The translations under genes were made by a program, and so were the position numbers. A model generated the notes under the pieces. That model saw only the letters and a program-made list of their open reading frames with translations. It had not been told where the DNA came from and ran no database searches. A DNA stretch of 64,000 nt from Veleropilina oligotropha (lineage: Eukaryota). Positions 1 through 13,766 of this stretch are shown here, in pieces (position 1 is the first letter of the stretch; the number at the start of each line of letters is the position of its first letter). The stretch covers positions 248,001-312,000 of the forward strand of contig JBEUKZ010000032.1 in assembly GCA_048128005.1 (NCBI GenBank), in the 5' to 3' direction.

Positions 1-1170
1 CATTTGTGCAGAAATCTGTTAAACGTAACGTGTTGCACATGTTTGGAAAATCTACAGCGCTCTGTATCAATGCGCGTATCATTTTGTTCCCTAGCAGTAA
101 TCACCATGTGCACAGGCCAAGACCATATACGAAATAAATTTTGCATTAAATACCGTAATAGACTTGGAATGCGAAAATTGTTTTCACTTTACAATGGATA
201 ACATTTGCATGCACAATCAAATGGACTACCCTTGGCGTATTATAAAGTCAATGTGAATCGATATATCAGGTTTTGATGGGCATTCAGTTGTTTATATTCG
301 ATGATGTACAACGCTATTGCCATCGTTGACACTTAAATAACTTTAGAACAAAAGGTATTTATAATTAAGGCTAATTGTAAGACTCAAGTGAAATGTAAGC
401 CTAATAGGCTAATACTGTAATAGCCTAAAATTGGACCAGTTTAATATTTAATTTAAATGACGAAGGCTCTGCTGTTGTTGGATGAACTATTTAAAACCAA
501 ATTGAACCCAAACGACAATATATGTGTAATATATTGAAAGTAACGTCACAACACTTCCGTGTATTTCCATCTTTATCATTATTTCCACATAATTGTACGA
601 TTTATACTGTAATCTTATATCCCTCGTGTTATTCCTTTCCCTGAGTAATGGCGTCGCTCTAAGAATTATCGGATTGCATGACGTCATCTGCAACCTATGT
701 ATACATTGTAAATTATGTGAAGTGTTATAGAGCATTTTGATAGTTTTACGTTTAATATGTAAATTGATAATATAGGTTCATATAATTCCCATTAATATCC
801 ATACTATCGCGGGATCGAGGAAAGCCCGATCACCCAGAAATTCCGTCCATCACCGGAGAGGTAAGGACAACTGTGGAGGGTAACTGAGCAATGAGTGTCG
901 AGGTCTAAGATATGAACCCACCCTTGCTATACAGAGCAGTCGAGCGAGCGAATACAGAGTCAACACTCTTATCCGCACGGCTCGCAGTGTATCCTAAATT
1001 CAATGATTTATCCCCCAGTGAAATTGATACTAACTTAGTGTGATGCCTCGATGAATATCAATTTATTTGGTAGGTAAATAATTATAGGGACTCATGAACC
1101 ACAAAACAGGCTACTGATTGTACTGGGACTCTCATACTGGACAAATCTTGCTCATCCGGCCCTGACTTAC

Positions 1171-1300
1171 CAGCACCATTTTCCAATGTAATCCCATTCT
1201 CCTCGATCGTGAGTTGTTCTGACAATTCGGATAAACTTTCGTCAAGCGTATGGTTTCCGCGCATTGTCAGCGACAATCTACGTTTCAGTCGTCTCATCAT
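1171..1300 (-). CDS. CDK17: Coding exon at the N-terminus of a PCTAIRE-family cyclin-dependent kinase (CDK16/17/18-like)
   Basis: MMRRLKRRLSLTMRGNHTLDESLSELSEQLTIEEN closely resembles the vertebrate CDK17 N-terminus as I recall it (MKKFKRRLSLTLRGSQTIDESLSELAEQMTIEEN). Splice donor G|GTAAGT at 1170; candidate acceptor (ttcctatctatctattccAG) at 1526-1527. The gene continues off the left edge. Confidence 0.85.
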
Positions 1301-4300
1301 TTTGTCATATCTGCCGTTAAACCGCTTCGTGCAAAACTTCGTCAGATGAGTAAATCCTCGAGTGCTTCGATTTCACATGGAGCAGGTTGAGTCCTGTCAA
1401 TTATCAGCACCAAGTGGAGAGTATTAACGTCTAGACAATGCGATTTCTGACCTCCGAGCTCTCTCTATAATTGACCCCGCATCTCCATCTGGGTTCATGC
1501 AACACTAGTGGTCGGTAACACTAATCTGGAATAGATAGATAGGAAATCAACATTAAGACGTGTTAACAAAGATCACAGTAAGACATCACAACTGAGTAAT
1601 AATGAGTTGTATTGGACTTTATTGATGTGATCATATGTCACTCCGATCGTAACTCTCGTGCCTTTTCAGAAATGCAAGTAAATTGATTTACTACTGTGTT
1701 TATGTATACATCACATCATCCCCCTCATGTATTTCTAGACTTATTTTTATCTCCCTTTGACGAAATGTGTGAAATGCAATCCACATCATAATATTACTCG
1801 TTTCCTATCTTGCTTAACTGCTCACATAAGGAGAAAAAGTGTGGCTAAATCCTATAAAACAACAAGAAAACCTGTGCCATTTTATCTCATTTTACAGATC
1901 TATATATATTGTGAAGTACCCATAAATATAAATATCATTTGTATTGTGCCATAAGTAAAAAATGTTAACATACAAGATATTAATAAAATGTGCTGAAAAT
2001 ACTGATATAGTTTCAAGAGTCACCCAAGTAAATTATATCACCTGGTTTGAGTTTCCAACCCATTGAGGCAACACTAGAATTGGTTTTAATTAGAATTCGT
2101 TTTAATTCTGCTATGTGTTGCCAATGCTGCTGAATCAATGCATTAATTATTTTGTATTGTATCCACAGCCAGTCAAAGCAAAACATTTGATGCTAAATTA
2201 ATAGCTTTAAAGATCGAAGACAAAATGACTATGACCTGAATCTTACCACTTAGTTCATTAAAATGACTGCATATGAAACAAATTTATATATCTTTTTATC
2301 TTAAAACTTACAACATGACATTTTAATCAATCATGGCGTAAGAGGTATTATTCCAATTAAATGTCTTGCGGCTAATATTCTTTGTTCAACAACCAGAACA
2401 AAGCTTCCATACATGTCTACGCTACAGGCAAACAAAATGTGTATGCAACATTAAGCATTTAAAATCAACAGACATATTGTTGAAGCCATGGTCTCGACAA
2501 AGCATTCATAAATTGTCCGCGATGACTCGTCAATAATAAATACATGTCTGCCTACCCTGAATGGGCTGTATGTCACTTGTCTGTGGTGGGCCTCAATATT
2601 GTGAACACTGGGCTGATGTCATAATGCTTATCTAAACACGCATGATTCAGAGAGGAGCTATGTGCCTGTAGGTGCTGTGTGATCTATGCTACTGAGTCAC
2701 GTGGCCACACATTAAGGCCTGCGGGTCACGCATGCTACATCTAGTCATGTCAATTTCATCATTCAAACTCATAACTTGAAGGAAACACCCCGTATTACAA
2801 GTAATACTGAAATTTTATTAAAATCTTACATACATATTTTGTGCATTTTTACGGCATACAATATTACCATGACAGCATGTGAGGCTAGATGTTAAAACAC
2901 GAGACACATACGTATAAACTACAATTGATTAAATGCTAACAGAGTTGTTTAAGAGCAGGACTCTCCAATTAAACACCAAAAACCATGTAATATAACCTAC
3001 TTATAATTTTACACAAAGATCACCCAATTCAATATGATCATAAATTAATAAACTCAATATATTTAATGTCTGAAAGTACTTCCGGTATCATACCTGTGAC
3101 AGTGTCAATATGGTTTGTATAAAAGTACTTCCGGTATCATACATGTGACAGTGTCAATATGGTTTGTATGAAAGTACTTCCGGTGGCCTACCTGTCAATA
3201 TGGTTCGCTAAACCAAGGATCAAGACAATATGATGACATCATAACAATGGTTTAAATCTAACATACGAGTATATCTTATTTTCAAGTTCAAATGAGTCAA
3301 AATCTGATGTCAGCTAAAATCAATAAACAACACATGAGTGACTCAGTATTAAAAAGTAGCATTCAATAGATGAAAGCAGGCTAGATTTCACAGCAGGATC
3401 TGTCATCTACCATTATTGCCTGAATATAAAGCATGCATATTGGCAAAGTCATTTCTGATGAACACAACATGTCGCAACACAGTTCTATATGTGAACTGGT
3501 AAATTTATACATTTTGAGGAACACAAAATTCCACAACATAAAATAATTTTGTACACAGGTTGCACGGTACACAGTTTTTGAAGTCTGGGTATATATACAT
3601 ATATATACTAAACTAGAAATCTGCTTCCCGAAGGTACCGAAGTTTGGATATTTCATTCAATAAAATGCAGTGTTCTCCCCGGATTGAAATTACAAGGGGG
3701 AGGAGTTATGTCACGGATGGGGTCACGTGTATGTATGCGTGTATGTATGCATCCATGCATATGTACATGTATGCAGGTATATAAATTATTATGGCTTCTA
3801 TGGGATTATATCTGGTATGGTAGTCATTTAAAAAAATTAGCTATATAGCGTAATATTAGCTATATTTTCGGAAATAATCCTGTAATTTGCAGCGATATGC
3901 GGATTTGCCTCGATCGGGGTAAATCGTGCTTGACGCTGTCTATGAACTTTGGTTTAAAGGCGTGTGTTCGCTTTTTTCACTGTCCTCTACCTACTCTGTA
4001 GTTAGTAACAAAACTGACATTAAAATATCTTTACAGCAGCATGTTATGTATTACTATATATTATCATAATACATGTATTACTATATATTATCATAATACA
4101 TGTATTTGTAAATTTAATTCATGTTTGCTGGTGTTTCGTTGCCGTATGCTGACCTTACTTGTATGCCACAACATCAAGTAAAAAGCCCCCAACACTTATA
4201 TTCGTAATTTGTCAAATATTATGATTTATGTACGAAAGGTAGTTTTTGGTTGTTTTGCATCCTTGTTTCATCATGATAACAGAATTTCCGTCAATGCGAC

Positions 4301-5048
4301 ATTACATTAGCAATTCAAATGAGCAGCTTGACTAATCGTTCTCAACGACTTCGCTTGGTTCTCCATCTGGCTTGGTGGATGTCCTTCTGCCTCTGTGGTT
4401 GTCTGGGCACCACTGTTCCTTAGAGCAGTACCATGTAATAACTGCAAATCATGCCCATCTCCGACGCCTTGCTGGACAAATTAAATGCTTCCCATCGATC
4501 GACTAAATGCATCAACGCCAGTAATTACCAACGGAGGGCGCAGAATCAACGTAAACAACGCACTCAATCGGCTTTGATGCAAATCCGATGAAACAAGATT
4601 TATGGATATTTAAGGGAACATTAATCATATTCTGGGTGCATGTGATGTGCCAACCAGTAGAACAATGACGATCGACCGTCACAGCGCTAAATACAGGTAG
4701 CTTAATGATGACATTGACCAACGTTTCATTGTGGGTGTTTATTTTGTGACAGTTTCAATCATTACCATCAATAATTTTTCATTAGCACACATAATACATA
4801 CAAATGTTTTGCTATAATCACCTCTATAAAAAATAATACTGCAAAATACATGAACTTAGATTCCCGTAGAAGATACTCAGTTAGATACAGGATACTTAGC
4901 AGCTATTTTAATTTATATTACTGTCATGTATACTAGTATATATATATATTATTAAATATTCATATACCAATAACATGTCAGGAATATATTATTAAAGGTC
5001 AATTTTACTATTCCACAGGTATAGGTGTTTTTCCGTCTCTAATTTGTG

Positions 5049-5260
5049 GGCCGCCCCGGTAGTCGTGTGGTATCGAGTGCCGACTCTGACATCATTGCGC
5101 TAACTAACAGAACTGGGTTAGAATCTCGGTTTGGGCATTAAAATTCTTTGTTCAGTTATCAATCGCAGTTGTCCGTAACAGGATGGAGATGGCCGAGGTT
5201 TCCCCAGTGGGCAACCATGCAGGCTTTCATCCCGCGATAATAGGGACATCTCCTGCCTGG
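5049..5260 (+). mobile_element. tRNA-derived SINE-like remnant
   Basis: GGCCGCCCCGGTAGTCGTGTGGTATCGAGTG (A-box-like) and GGGTTAGAATCTC (B-box-like) in a short GC-rich island. Confidence 0.4.
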
Positions 5261-5816
5261 AACCTGATGGTTGTAAATATATATATATATATACAGGATT
5301 TAGCATCAATCCATTCAATCATTTAAATTTGTATTAATTTCCGAATATACAAGATGGATGCGATTTTTTGTTCTTGTTTTCCTATATCATGAGAATGGTA
5401 GTGGTCACCAAATCCTGGATTAATCCTTTCATATTCCATTGCAATTTGCACATATAATATATATTGTATATTTCACTGTAATATTAACGGTTTATGTTGG
5501 TCGATTGGCAAATTTGTCTTACGACCACTTTTGGCAATTTTTCAGCCTTAATGCAGTCAGGAAGCTGATCTCGCTCCGATCTGATTAACTGGCGACACAC
5601 ATTAATTAGGGATATATGCCATCTATTATTTTAAACAGTAGAATAAGCAGTCGGTTGGCCTCGAACCCGGACCCTCCTGGCTGTCTCGGTTGAGTGTCTG
5701 ACGCGCCAACCGCTCACGCGCTGAAGCAGATTAACTGTTTATGATGTATGTAATTATGATGCATACATGGAAATTACTGTATATATATCAGATTATGTAA
5801 TGCGCAATGAGTCGAT

Positions 5817-6006
5817 ATCACCCATAAGGTGCTGAGGGACGATATGCGTATATCAGCGAGGGTGTCAGTGTGTTCATTATCACCCATAAGGTGCTGAGGG
5901 ACGATATGCGTATATCAGCGAGGGTGTCAGTGTGTTCATTATCACCCATAAGGTGCTGAGGGACGATATGCGTATATCAGCGAGGGGTGGCAGTGTGTTC
6001 ATTATC
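5817..6006. repeat. 62-bp tandem repeat, 3 copies
   Basis: ATCACCCATAAGGTGCTGAGGGACGATATGCG... recurs at 5817, 5879 and 5941. Confidence 0.95.
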
Positions 6007-6078
6007 TGATATACAAAAAGAAAATCTATAGTAATTTTCAAAAGGTAACAGTTAAACCCCTTAAAGGTACATGGAATA

Positions 6079-6334
6079 GGCATGCATGCATGCATGCATG
6101 CATGCATGCATGCATGCATGCATGCATGCATGCATGCATGCATACATACATACATACATACATACATACATACATACATACATACATACATACATACATA
6201 CATACATACATACATACATACATACATACATACATACATACATACATACATACATACATACATACATACATACATACATACATACATACATACATACATA
6301 CATACATACATACATACATACATACATACATACA

Positions 6335-6397
<63 letters not shown>

Positions 6398-6404
6398 TAT
6401 ATAT
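6079..6404. repeat. Compound microsatellite (GCAT)n-(ACAT)n-(AT)n
   Basis: Directly visible; source of the MHAC/HTYI/YVCM ORFs. Confidence 0.98.
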
Positions 6405-6969
6405 CTACAGTGACCAGTCAGTATTCTTAGCATAGTCAAGCACCCATTGGACTCCATGTTTTTAATAACTTTGATATTTGATGAAAAACTCCACCCCATT
6501 ACATTCAACATGATTTTTCAGTAGCCAGTCATTTACTGAACAATGATTAATTAAAAACAATTGTTGCTTGCAGATAATTGACTAGTTCTCTGTGACAATA
6601 TAACAACAGACAAATTAAAAATCTTTGCCGCGTAGGCAAGGAATACGATGGTGAAAGCCAGAAATCTCTGAATAATAAGTATAGAACAAATTGAGCCAAA
6701 TTTGAAGCTTGTATGGCGAAGTATTCTAGCACTTAAAACCTCATAGCCACCGGCATTACTTGGCCACGTTCACGTTTTCGATTAAATGATTAGGAATAAC
6801 AACACTATCATATAGAACAAGGACAAATAATATGGACAACTTTTTATGAATATTATTTACGATTATCGAGGGTGAATAATAGCGTCATATTTTCCAAAAT
6901 GGTGGACGATCCATGCTGTGTTAGAAGATTTGGTAACATGAATGTTATTTTACAAAATGATAGACGATA

Positions 6970-8068
6970 CTGTAAATCATAATATTTTCGCGTCATTAAA
7001 ATATAGCGAATTCGTCACAAGGGACCAATTAGCGACATGTAATTTTAGCGAAAATAGAATTTCGGAAAATGTATTATTAGCGAGTTTGACAACAATGACA
7101 ATTAACTTTTCATAATGCTCCGTATGGCTGGTAATTATCTGATTGTTACCCATTGTTATTACAACCGCATCTTGTAAAGGATGACTATTAGCAGGATGAC
7201 TAGTACCTAAGTAGGTTGCAAGTTCATTGTACAAATCGCAATCGGATTAATATAATGACGATGGTGTCGTCACGTGGGTGTAAAATGTGACTTGGTACTT
7301 CAATTAATACAATTAGTATGATCACAAGTGCATTTGTTAAGTTTATTCAATAATTGTTACTTATTAAATTGCTAACGTGTTGCTATCTATGCATAATAGA
7401 CTGTTACTTGCCAGTAGCGATAAAGCACATCGTCATTAAAATGGACACTCTTGTTCTTATCAAGGGAGATCATTTACAGTGAAATACTAGTGGAACTTGC
7501 GCGAAAACGAGGTTCCATGAAATACTGTTGAATAAACGTTCTCTGTTGAACAGGAACTAAAGCAAAGACGTTGATACGCTCGTTTGTTTCCGCCGTTCTA
7601 TGCTGTATGATTCCCAATATTAAAGCTAATTTCATATATGCATACAATAGTCAGAATTAACCTTTACTATGGTGTTATAAGCGAAAAAATCATTTAATAA
7701 AATGATAAATAATGAATATGTTTCGGTTACTGAATTTCACTTTTGGCGAGACTAAGGAAACAAAATGGCGGGCCTACGTTTTGCGGGATTTCAGCGGACA
7801 TTTCACAGAATAAAATTGAACAAACAAGTGGTGAAAATATGGTTTATTCGTACATAAATGGCAAGTATTAAAAACACATTACCCCTGAACAATCCACGAT
7901 AGCTAGTTTATTAATTACATTGCTAACAACATATTTATTTGTCACCCAACCTTCTTATATAACATGGATATAATATAAGACATATTAGCGACATAAAATG
8001 TTAGCGAATTTTGCTTCCTCGCTAAGTTCGCCAAAATATTATGATCGCGAAAATTTCATGATTTACAG
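6970..8068. mobile_element. Non-autonomous TIR element (Tc1/mariner-type MITE)
   Basis: TA|CTGTAAATCATAATATTTTCGCG ... CGCGAAAATTTCATGATTTACAG|TA; TA duplication. Confidence 0.7.
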
Positions 8069-9314
8069 TATATATATATATATATATATATATACATGAG
8101 TGATGGTGAATTGGATAATTTGATTGATTCATACGGCGGTCTTTTAGATGCAGAAAGTGATAAAAAAGATAGCAATAATGATTTATCAGATGACCCCCCT
8201 CTCTCTCTTCTTACAGGGACTCTGAAATACCTTATAATGAAGGAAATAATCATTATAATGAGACTATGTGATATATTTCAGGGATGGGCCTGGGTTCTGA
8301 ATAAGTTTCGCCATGACTTTCGCCACTTTCAATTTTCTTTCGCCACTTTTGAAATTTAGGAGCCACAGTATATGAACTAATTGGTATCGCAAACAATATA
8401 TAATCAAGCGAAAACGGTAGACAATTGTATTACAGACGATTCCACTTAATAAGATACCAGTACCTGTTATTAAGATATTTCGCTTATTAGCATAACATTG
8501 TCAAACACAGAACCGTTTACTATTATTCATCATTTCATGTATAAAATATGTCTGTTATCAGTGTTAATAAGATAGCAAAATAGTTATTTTCAGTTAATAA
8601 CAAGACATTTTTTTCGGCATGTTGGTATAAAATAAACTATTTGATGATATCTTGACAAAAAATATTCTTGTTGGATTTGGAATTTTTCCTGATTGCCAAC
8701 TTTAGTCGCATTCACAGACATCCTAATTATCCTTAGGTCACATTTAATTTTCCTGCAAATTACAATGCGAAAATACAGTTTACAGGTGTATTGTAATTTT
8801 ACTGTCTCAAATTAATAAACATTTATTTGCCACAAACCTGGAAAAGTTCAGAATTAATGCTATGTATTACTTTTGTTGTTGTTGTAATAAAGTTGTTGTT
8901 GTTTTATGCAGTGTCGCGTGTTTTTGTCTGCCTCCATGAATCATCTCGGGTCAAAGGTCATTAGGGTCGTTCATTGTGTGACCGTGGATTATTGTAATGC
9001 AAGTATGCTGAAATCATCGCAAATCGTTTATTTGTTTAAAAAAACAAAAAACAAAGATGTTTGTGTAGTTAACAAACAATGGAGAGGTTGGTTCAAGTTG
9101 TCAATTACATTATAACGGATTAGCCCAAAGTAAACATCACGTCTAGCTGTAGGCCTCCAGAAGATATCAAAGTGGCCGATAGGATTAATTTCAAGCACTT
9201 ATTTGTTTTTCACAAGCTGGTATTTTTGTATGCTAATTAGATTAGCACCTTTACTTTATCAATCCGACATCTCTGTTAATTGGACAACAGCTCAAAGTTA
9301 AAAAATCAACATGA

Positions 9315-10210
9315 TGTTAGATTTAGTAGAAACAATAATAATCTTTATCCACCAGCTTGTAAATCTAACTTATACCAAAACTCGTTCTTACCAGCCACTG
9401 TCAAGGAATGGAATTTATTGCCATATAATGTTAGAGAAAACCCATCCATTTCGGCATTTAATCATTTTTTGAATTCTAATTTACCAAGAGTAAAAAGTTA
9501 TTATTATTATGGTGAAAGATTGGCTCAAATTTTGCACGTAAGGTTACGACTTGGGTGCAGTTCCTTGAATTCTCATTTATTTCAAAACCATGTATCCGAA
9601 AGTGATCTTTGTGTTTGTGGTCAAATAGAAACTTCTAAGCATTATTTAATTGAATGTCCGATATATCTTAATATTATAGGAATGTCACCATTGGTTATTT
9701 AGATTTGACCCATTTGTCGGTCCAAGTGTTGCTAGAGGGTAGCCCTATGCTGACCAACGATGAAAACTGGGATATTTTCCGAGCAGTACACAAATTTATA
9801 CTCGGCAGCAAGAGATTTGCCTAAAATAAAAGTAGGAGAGCACAATCTAAAGCAAATTAACATGACATTGAAAACAAATGACATTTATCTCAATTGCAAT
9901 ACTTGTTTTCCTGTTCAATACTTTATTATATTGATATTATGCACAATAACCTACTTCAAATGATATGTTGTCGATTTAAATAAGTATCTTAAAATAATAG
10001 ACAACTGCTAACAGTGATTGTTTAGTGACACAGTCTGTTCAAACTTGTTTGTTTTTTTGCAATAGTTTACGATTGTTGTATATATAATATTTAGGTTCTG
10101 GGGAGATGGCTCAACATAAGTTATCATACTTGTTGCCAAATCCCCGAATTATTATTGTTCGTTCATTTAAATATGTACTTGTTTATAAGAATAATAAATA
10201 TTGTTTAAAC

Positions 10211-10244
<34 letters not shown>

Positions 10245-10246
10245 AA
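9315..10246 (+). mobile_element. 5'-truncated non-LTR retrotransposon (CR1/L2-like 3' end with poly-A)
   Basis: ORF 9280-9702 contains YQNSFLPATVKEWNLLP and a C-terminal CxC...H...CP zinc knuckle typical of LINE ORF2 ends. A-tract at ~10213-10243. CAACATGA on both flanks is a possible TSD. Confidence 0.75.
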
Positions 10247-10504
10247 CAACATGAAACGTGTGAAACAGCCATTCTTGTTGGATTGACCTTTCAGGTCACA
10301 CACAATTAATGTCATTATTTCACGCATCAAACTTGGAGACCAAACCTAGATACATCATGACCATATTTATTATCTTACGTCAAAATTGTCAGTAAAAATA
10401 CCTTGTTTTAGTCAACAAAAGCAGCTCCACTCCATGACATTAATATAACAAATAATGGTTTGACATCGCGACATGTACGTGTCAAATGGCATGCTAATGG
10501 AGGG

Positions 10505-10927
10505 CTTATTATGCTTATGCATGAACTTTTGACTTCGGAATAACTATCAAATAACTAAGAACAATAAATATTAATGGATGTACAAATGTTTATTTTTGCA
10601 ATATATTACATCGATAATATGGATAAATGTCACCATGCCATTCATACAGAAATATATTGTTGCGTAAGGATCTTTACTCCCTGCCGACATTTCTGCCATG
10701 TTGTTTTGGGACCAATACGAGCACATTATTATGTGTTATGCATTAACTTTTGACTTCGGAATAACCATCAAATAACTAAGAACAATAAATATTAATAGAT
10801 GTACAAATGTTTATTTTTGCAATATATATTATTACATCGATAATATGGATAAATGTCACCATGCCATTCATACATAAATATATTGTTGCGTAAGGATCTT
10901 AATTTACTCCCTGCCGACATTTCTGCC
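10505..10927. repeat. ~230-bp tandem duplication
   Basis: TTATGCAT(G/T)AACTTTTGACTTCGGAATAAC...GACATTTCTGCC occurs twice. Confidence 0.85.
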
Positions 10928-12573
10928 TTCAACATTGTTATTACTTGATGTATGTTTGACAAGACTCAAATAAGAGTAATTAACAACATTATTTATGAAA
11001 GATAGGAACTTTTTACAGTGTGAAACTTGATAATGTAACTACATTTTTGGGCCACTTTTTTGACGCCCAAAAAAATAGCCAGATTTGAAATTTTGTCGCC
11101 ACTTTTAAAAACAATGCGCAAATGGCGACAGTGGTGATCGCCAGGCCGATCCCTGTATTTGCATAAATTAGGTACGTGTATTCCAAATTACAGCTCTTAC
11201 AGATCTATGTTTTTCATATGTAACATGTTTTATTAGATCTCCATTGTGGTCTTGCATTGTTTGAAGTAGGTAACAAATGTTTATTAGATATAGAAATATC
11301 ATCTAATTACATCATATTTGCTGATATAGAAATAAAATCCCCAATCCTGAATCCTGAAACAAATTGCCTTTCCTGTGGAATGTCTCTTTTTGTAGCGAAA
11401 CGAGAATACTATCTGAATATGAAAGATTTAAAGCATAACGTTTGAATAAATATCATAATTATTGATCTTGATGGCGACCATTTTGAATATATAATGAGGT
11501 CATGTGACCTTATAATGGCTTATTTGTTTAATTTCAACTTTTTTATTTGAAGGTCATGCAATTACCTTTCATATGATAGCATATGTAATAAGATACGATT
11601 ATGTCGGTATTACCCAATGTTTATTAAGGTACCAAAATATGCTAAATTTGGTCATCAGGAATTCGGTGGTTAGAAGCCGAAATTCCGCAAACCGGAAATT
11701 GTGTGCGCCATCATAAAATCCGGATCCAATTTCTGATTATGAACATCTTTTAGGAGGACCGAACATGTAAAAAAATCATGTAAAAATTTAGTAAATTGGA
11801 TCAATGTTTGTTGAGATAAGCTCACGGACAGACATTATATGTATGTATACAATTTACTAACCGACCCAATTTCAATACCTTCTCCCACCACTACATGGGT
11901 GAAGGTACCAACTGCGAGATAGTGCTGTTTCATTGTTCAGTTGACAGCAACATGCAGCTAGCTATAAATCAATATCCACCCATGCATAGATCTATCTGCA
12001 CTGTGTACACAACACCAACAGATAGTATCATACTGTATTTATAACTAATACCGGTATCAGACAAGTCTGATCTTAAGTTTAATATAGGTTGCTGAATTCA
12101 TAGTCAAGTTGAATTGCTGTTGTCTACTAAAAACCATTAGTATTTTATTATATTTAGCACACTGAGTTTATGTGTAATAAAAAGCTTAACACATACACTT
12201 AGGGATAAGTTCATAACCATTAGCCTTCATAATATGTTTATTATCTATTTAGTAGAGTGTAGTGTACTTCTACAAGCTTACCTCATGTTTCTTGCTGGGA
12301 TTAGGAGAATCTATTTATTATATTAAGTACATGTAAAGTGCTGTTACGTTCATCAACTTGAGCCATCTCACATGCCAACTAATACATACATGACAAAACA
12401 TTCAGGAAGTAACTGGATTATCTTCTGAAATCCACCACAGAGAGGTAATCCTTTTGTCCTAATCTCATTCCACTGCAAACTCAGTTTCACAGATATATGT
12501 TGACTTGAATCCTATTTAGAACATGCCAAGTATTGCATAAATGAGGTTTTAATGTAAACCTAATATTAGTATA

Positions 12574-12780
12574 AAACATACTTACGTCCTTACTCTTGCC
12601 ATAATAGTTATATTATCGCCAAACCGGAAATAGTGAATATGTCCCATAATGCACTCTTAATAAGTCAAAAACGTACACGGTTACCTCCCCTGCTCCTACC
12701 CCATCACGTTCCTAGCGAGACTTCGCCAAGTCTCGCGAGACTTCTGAACAATAGAAGTCACAAGACCTCAATTCAAAGTT
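12574..12780. repeat. DIRS copy 1 3' ITR
   Basis: Reverse complement of 19779-19985; no mismatch noticed. Confidence 0.92.
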
Positions 12781-12840
12781 CAAAAACCCCAAAGGAACGT
12801 AGTAGAGGGGAGGAATGCGAAACGCAGGGTGGGTAATCGT

Positions 12841-12931
12841 GTAAGGACGTAAGTATGTTTTATACTAATATTAGGTTTACATTAAAACCTCATATATAGT
12901 TACAAACATACTTACGTCCTTACTCTTGCCA
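12841..12931. repeat. DIRS copy 1 internal complementary region (ICR)
   Basis: GTAAGGACG...AAAACCTCAT|ATATAGTTACAAAC...CTTGCCA equals the reverse complements of both element termini joined. Confidence 0.92.
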
Positions 12932-13766
12932 GAATAACCTTGGATAGGTGGGTAAGACGTTCCTTACAACAAACCCAAACAAGATAATGACTTACTTGTC
13001 ACCAATTCAATCAGCATGAAGCGTCGATTGTGTCCGCCTAGAGTGGAATTTTTACTGAGTATTATATTCTACTCTTACCAAGCGAGAATTTCGACCAGTG
13101 TTACCGGGAGAATACGCCGTGGTATTAGTCGGACGAGGTGAACGGAAGTGCAATCAGCCCCAGGCACGGCCGGAAGGATAAATCCCTGTAGGTCTTACGT
13201 GTCATGGACCAGTGGCAGCCAAATGGGACTCCGGGCCTATAGGCCGGTAACCAGAGGATGCAGTCGGATTTGTAAGCACACGGAACCTAACAGGTTGTGA
13301 AAGCTTTAAATCAAAAGCAAAGAATTAATAGATTATTATAAATAATCGATATTAATAAGTAATTCGCATGACCAACTTGCGAACGCTAACATGGACGACA
13401 TGTCACTTAAAATAAATTTTAAGGAAGCAAACAAGTTCGACATGTTACTCAAAAATAATGTTTAAGGATTCAAAATTTTTTCAATGTATTGAACATCGTA
13501 TGTTCGATTACAGCAAAGAACATAATAATATTGAACCTCTCTTTTTAAGATTTGTGCAAAATTATAAAAGTTGTTTTATTAAATTCAATGTGATCTGGCT
13601 TATGTCAACACCCAGGTCTGACATGAGAAGTACAAAATCTTAAATTAGATTTAAGAAATGAACAGACATTGAACTGCCCCATAGGTGTTAATTACATAGC
13701 ACCGTTTGGCCAACGAAAATAAAATGGCGTCAGTAAATATGCAAATGATCAATCAGAGAACAATAC

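Larger units (their letters stand above)
8279..11155. mobile_element. Non-autonomous DNA transposon with short TIRs, interrupted by a LINE fragment
   Basis: CAGGGATGGGCCTGG ... CCAGGCCGATCCCTG (14/15 inverted match); subterminal TCGCCA repeats; TATTT on both flanks. Confidence 0.5.

Noticed and set aside
1082..1170. C-terminal part of the 72-aa ORF
   Set aside because: Lies beyond the GTAAGT donor; intronic read-through
5880..6511. ORFs of 100-159 aa (MYVC/MHAC/HTYI)
   Set aside because: Translations of microsatellites
12633..12836. Near-identical ORFs at 12633 (+) and 19926 (-)
   Set aside because: By-product of the DIRS inverted terminal repeats
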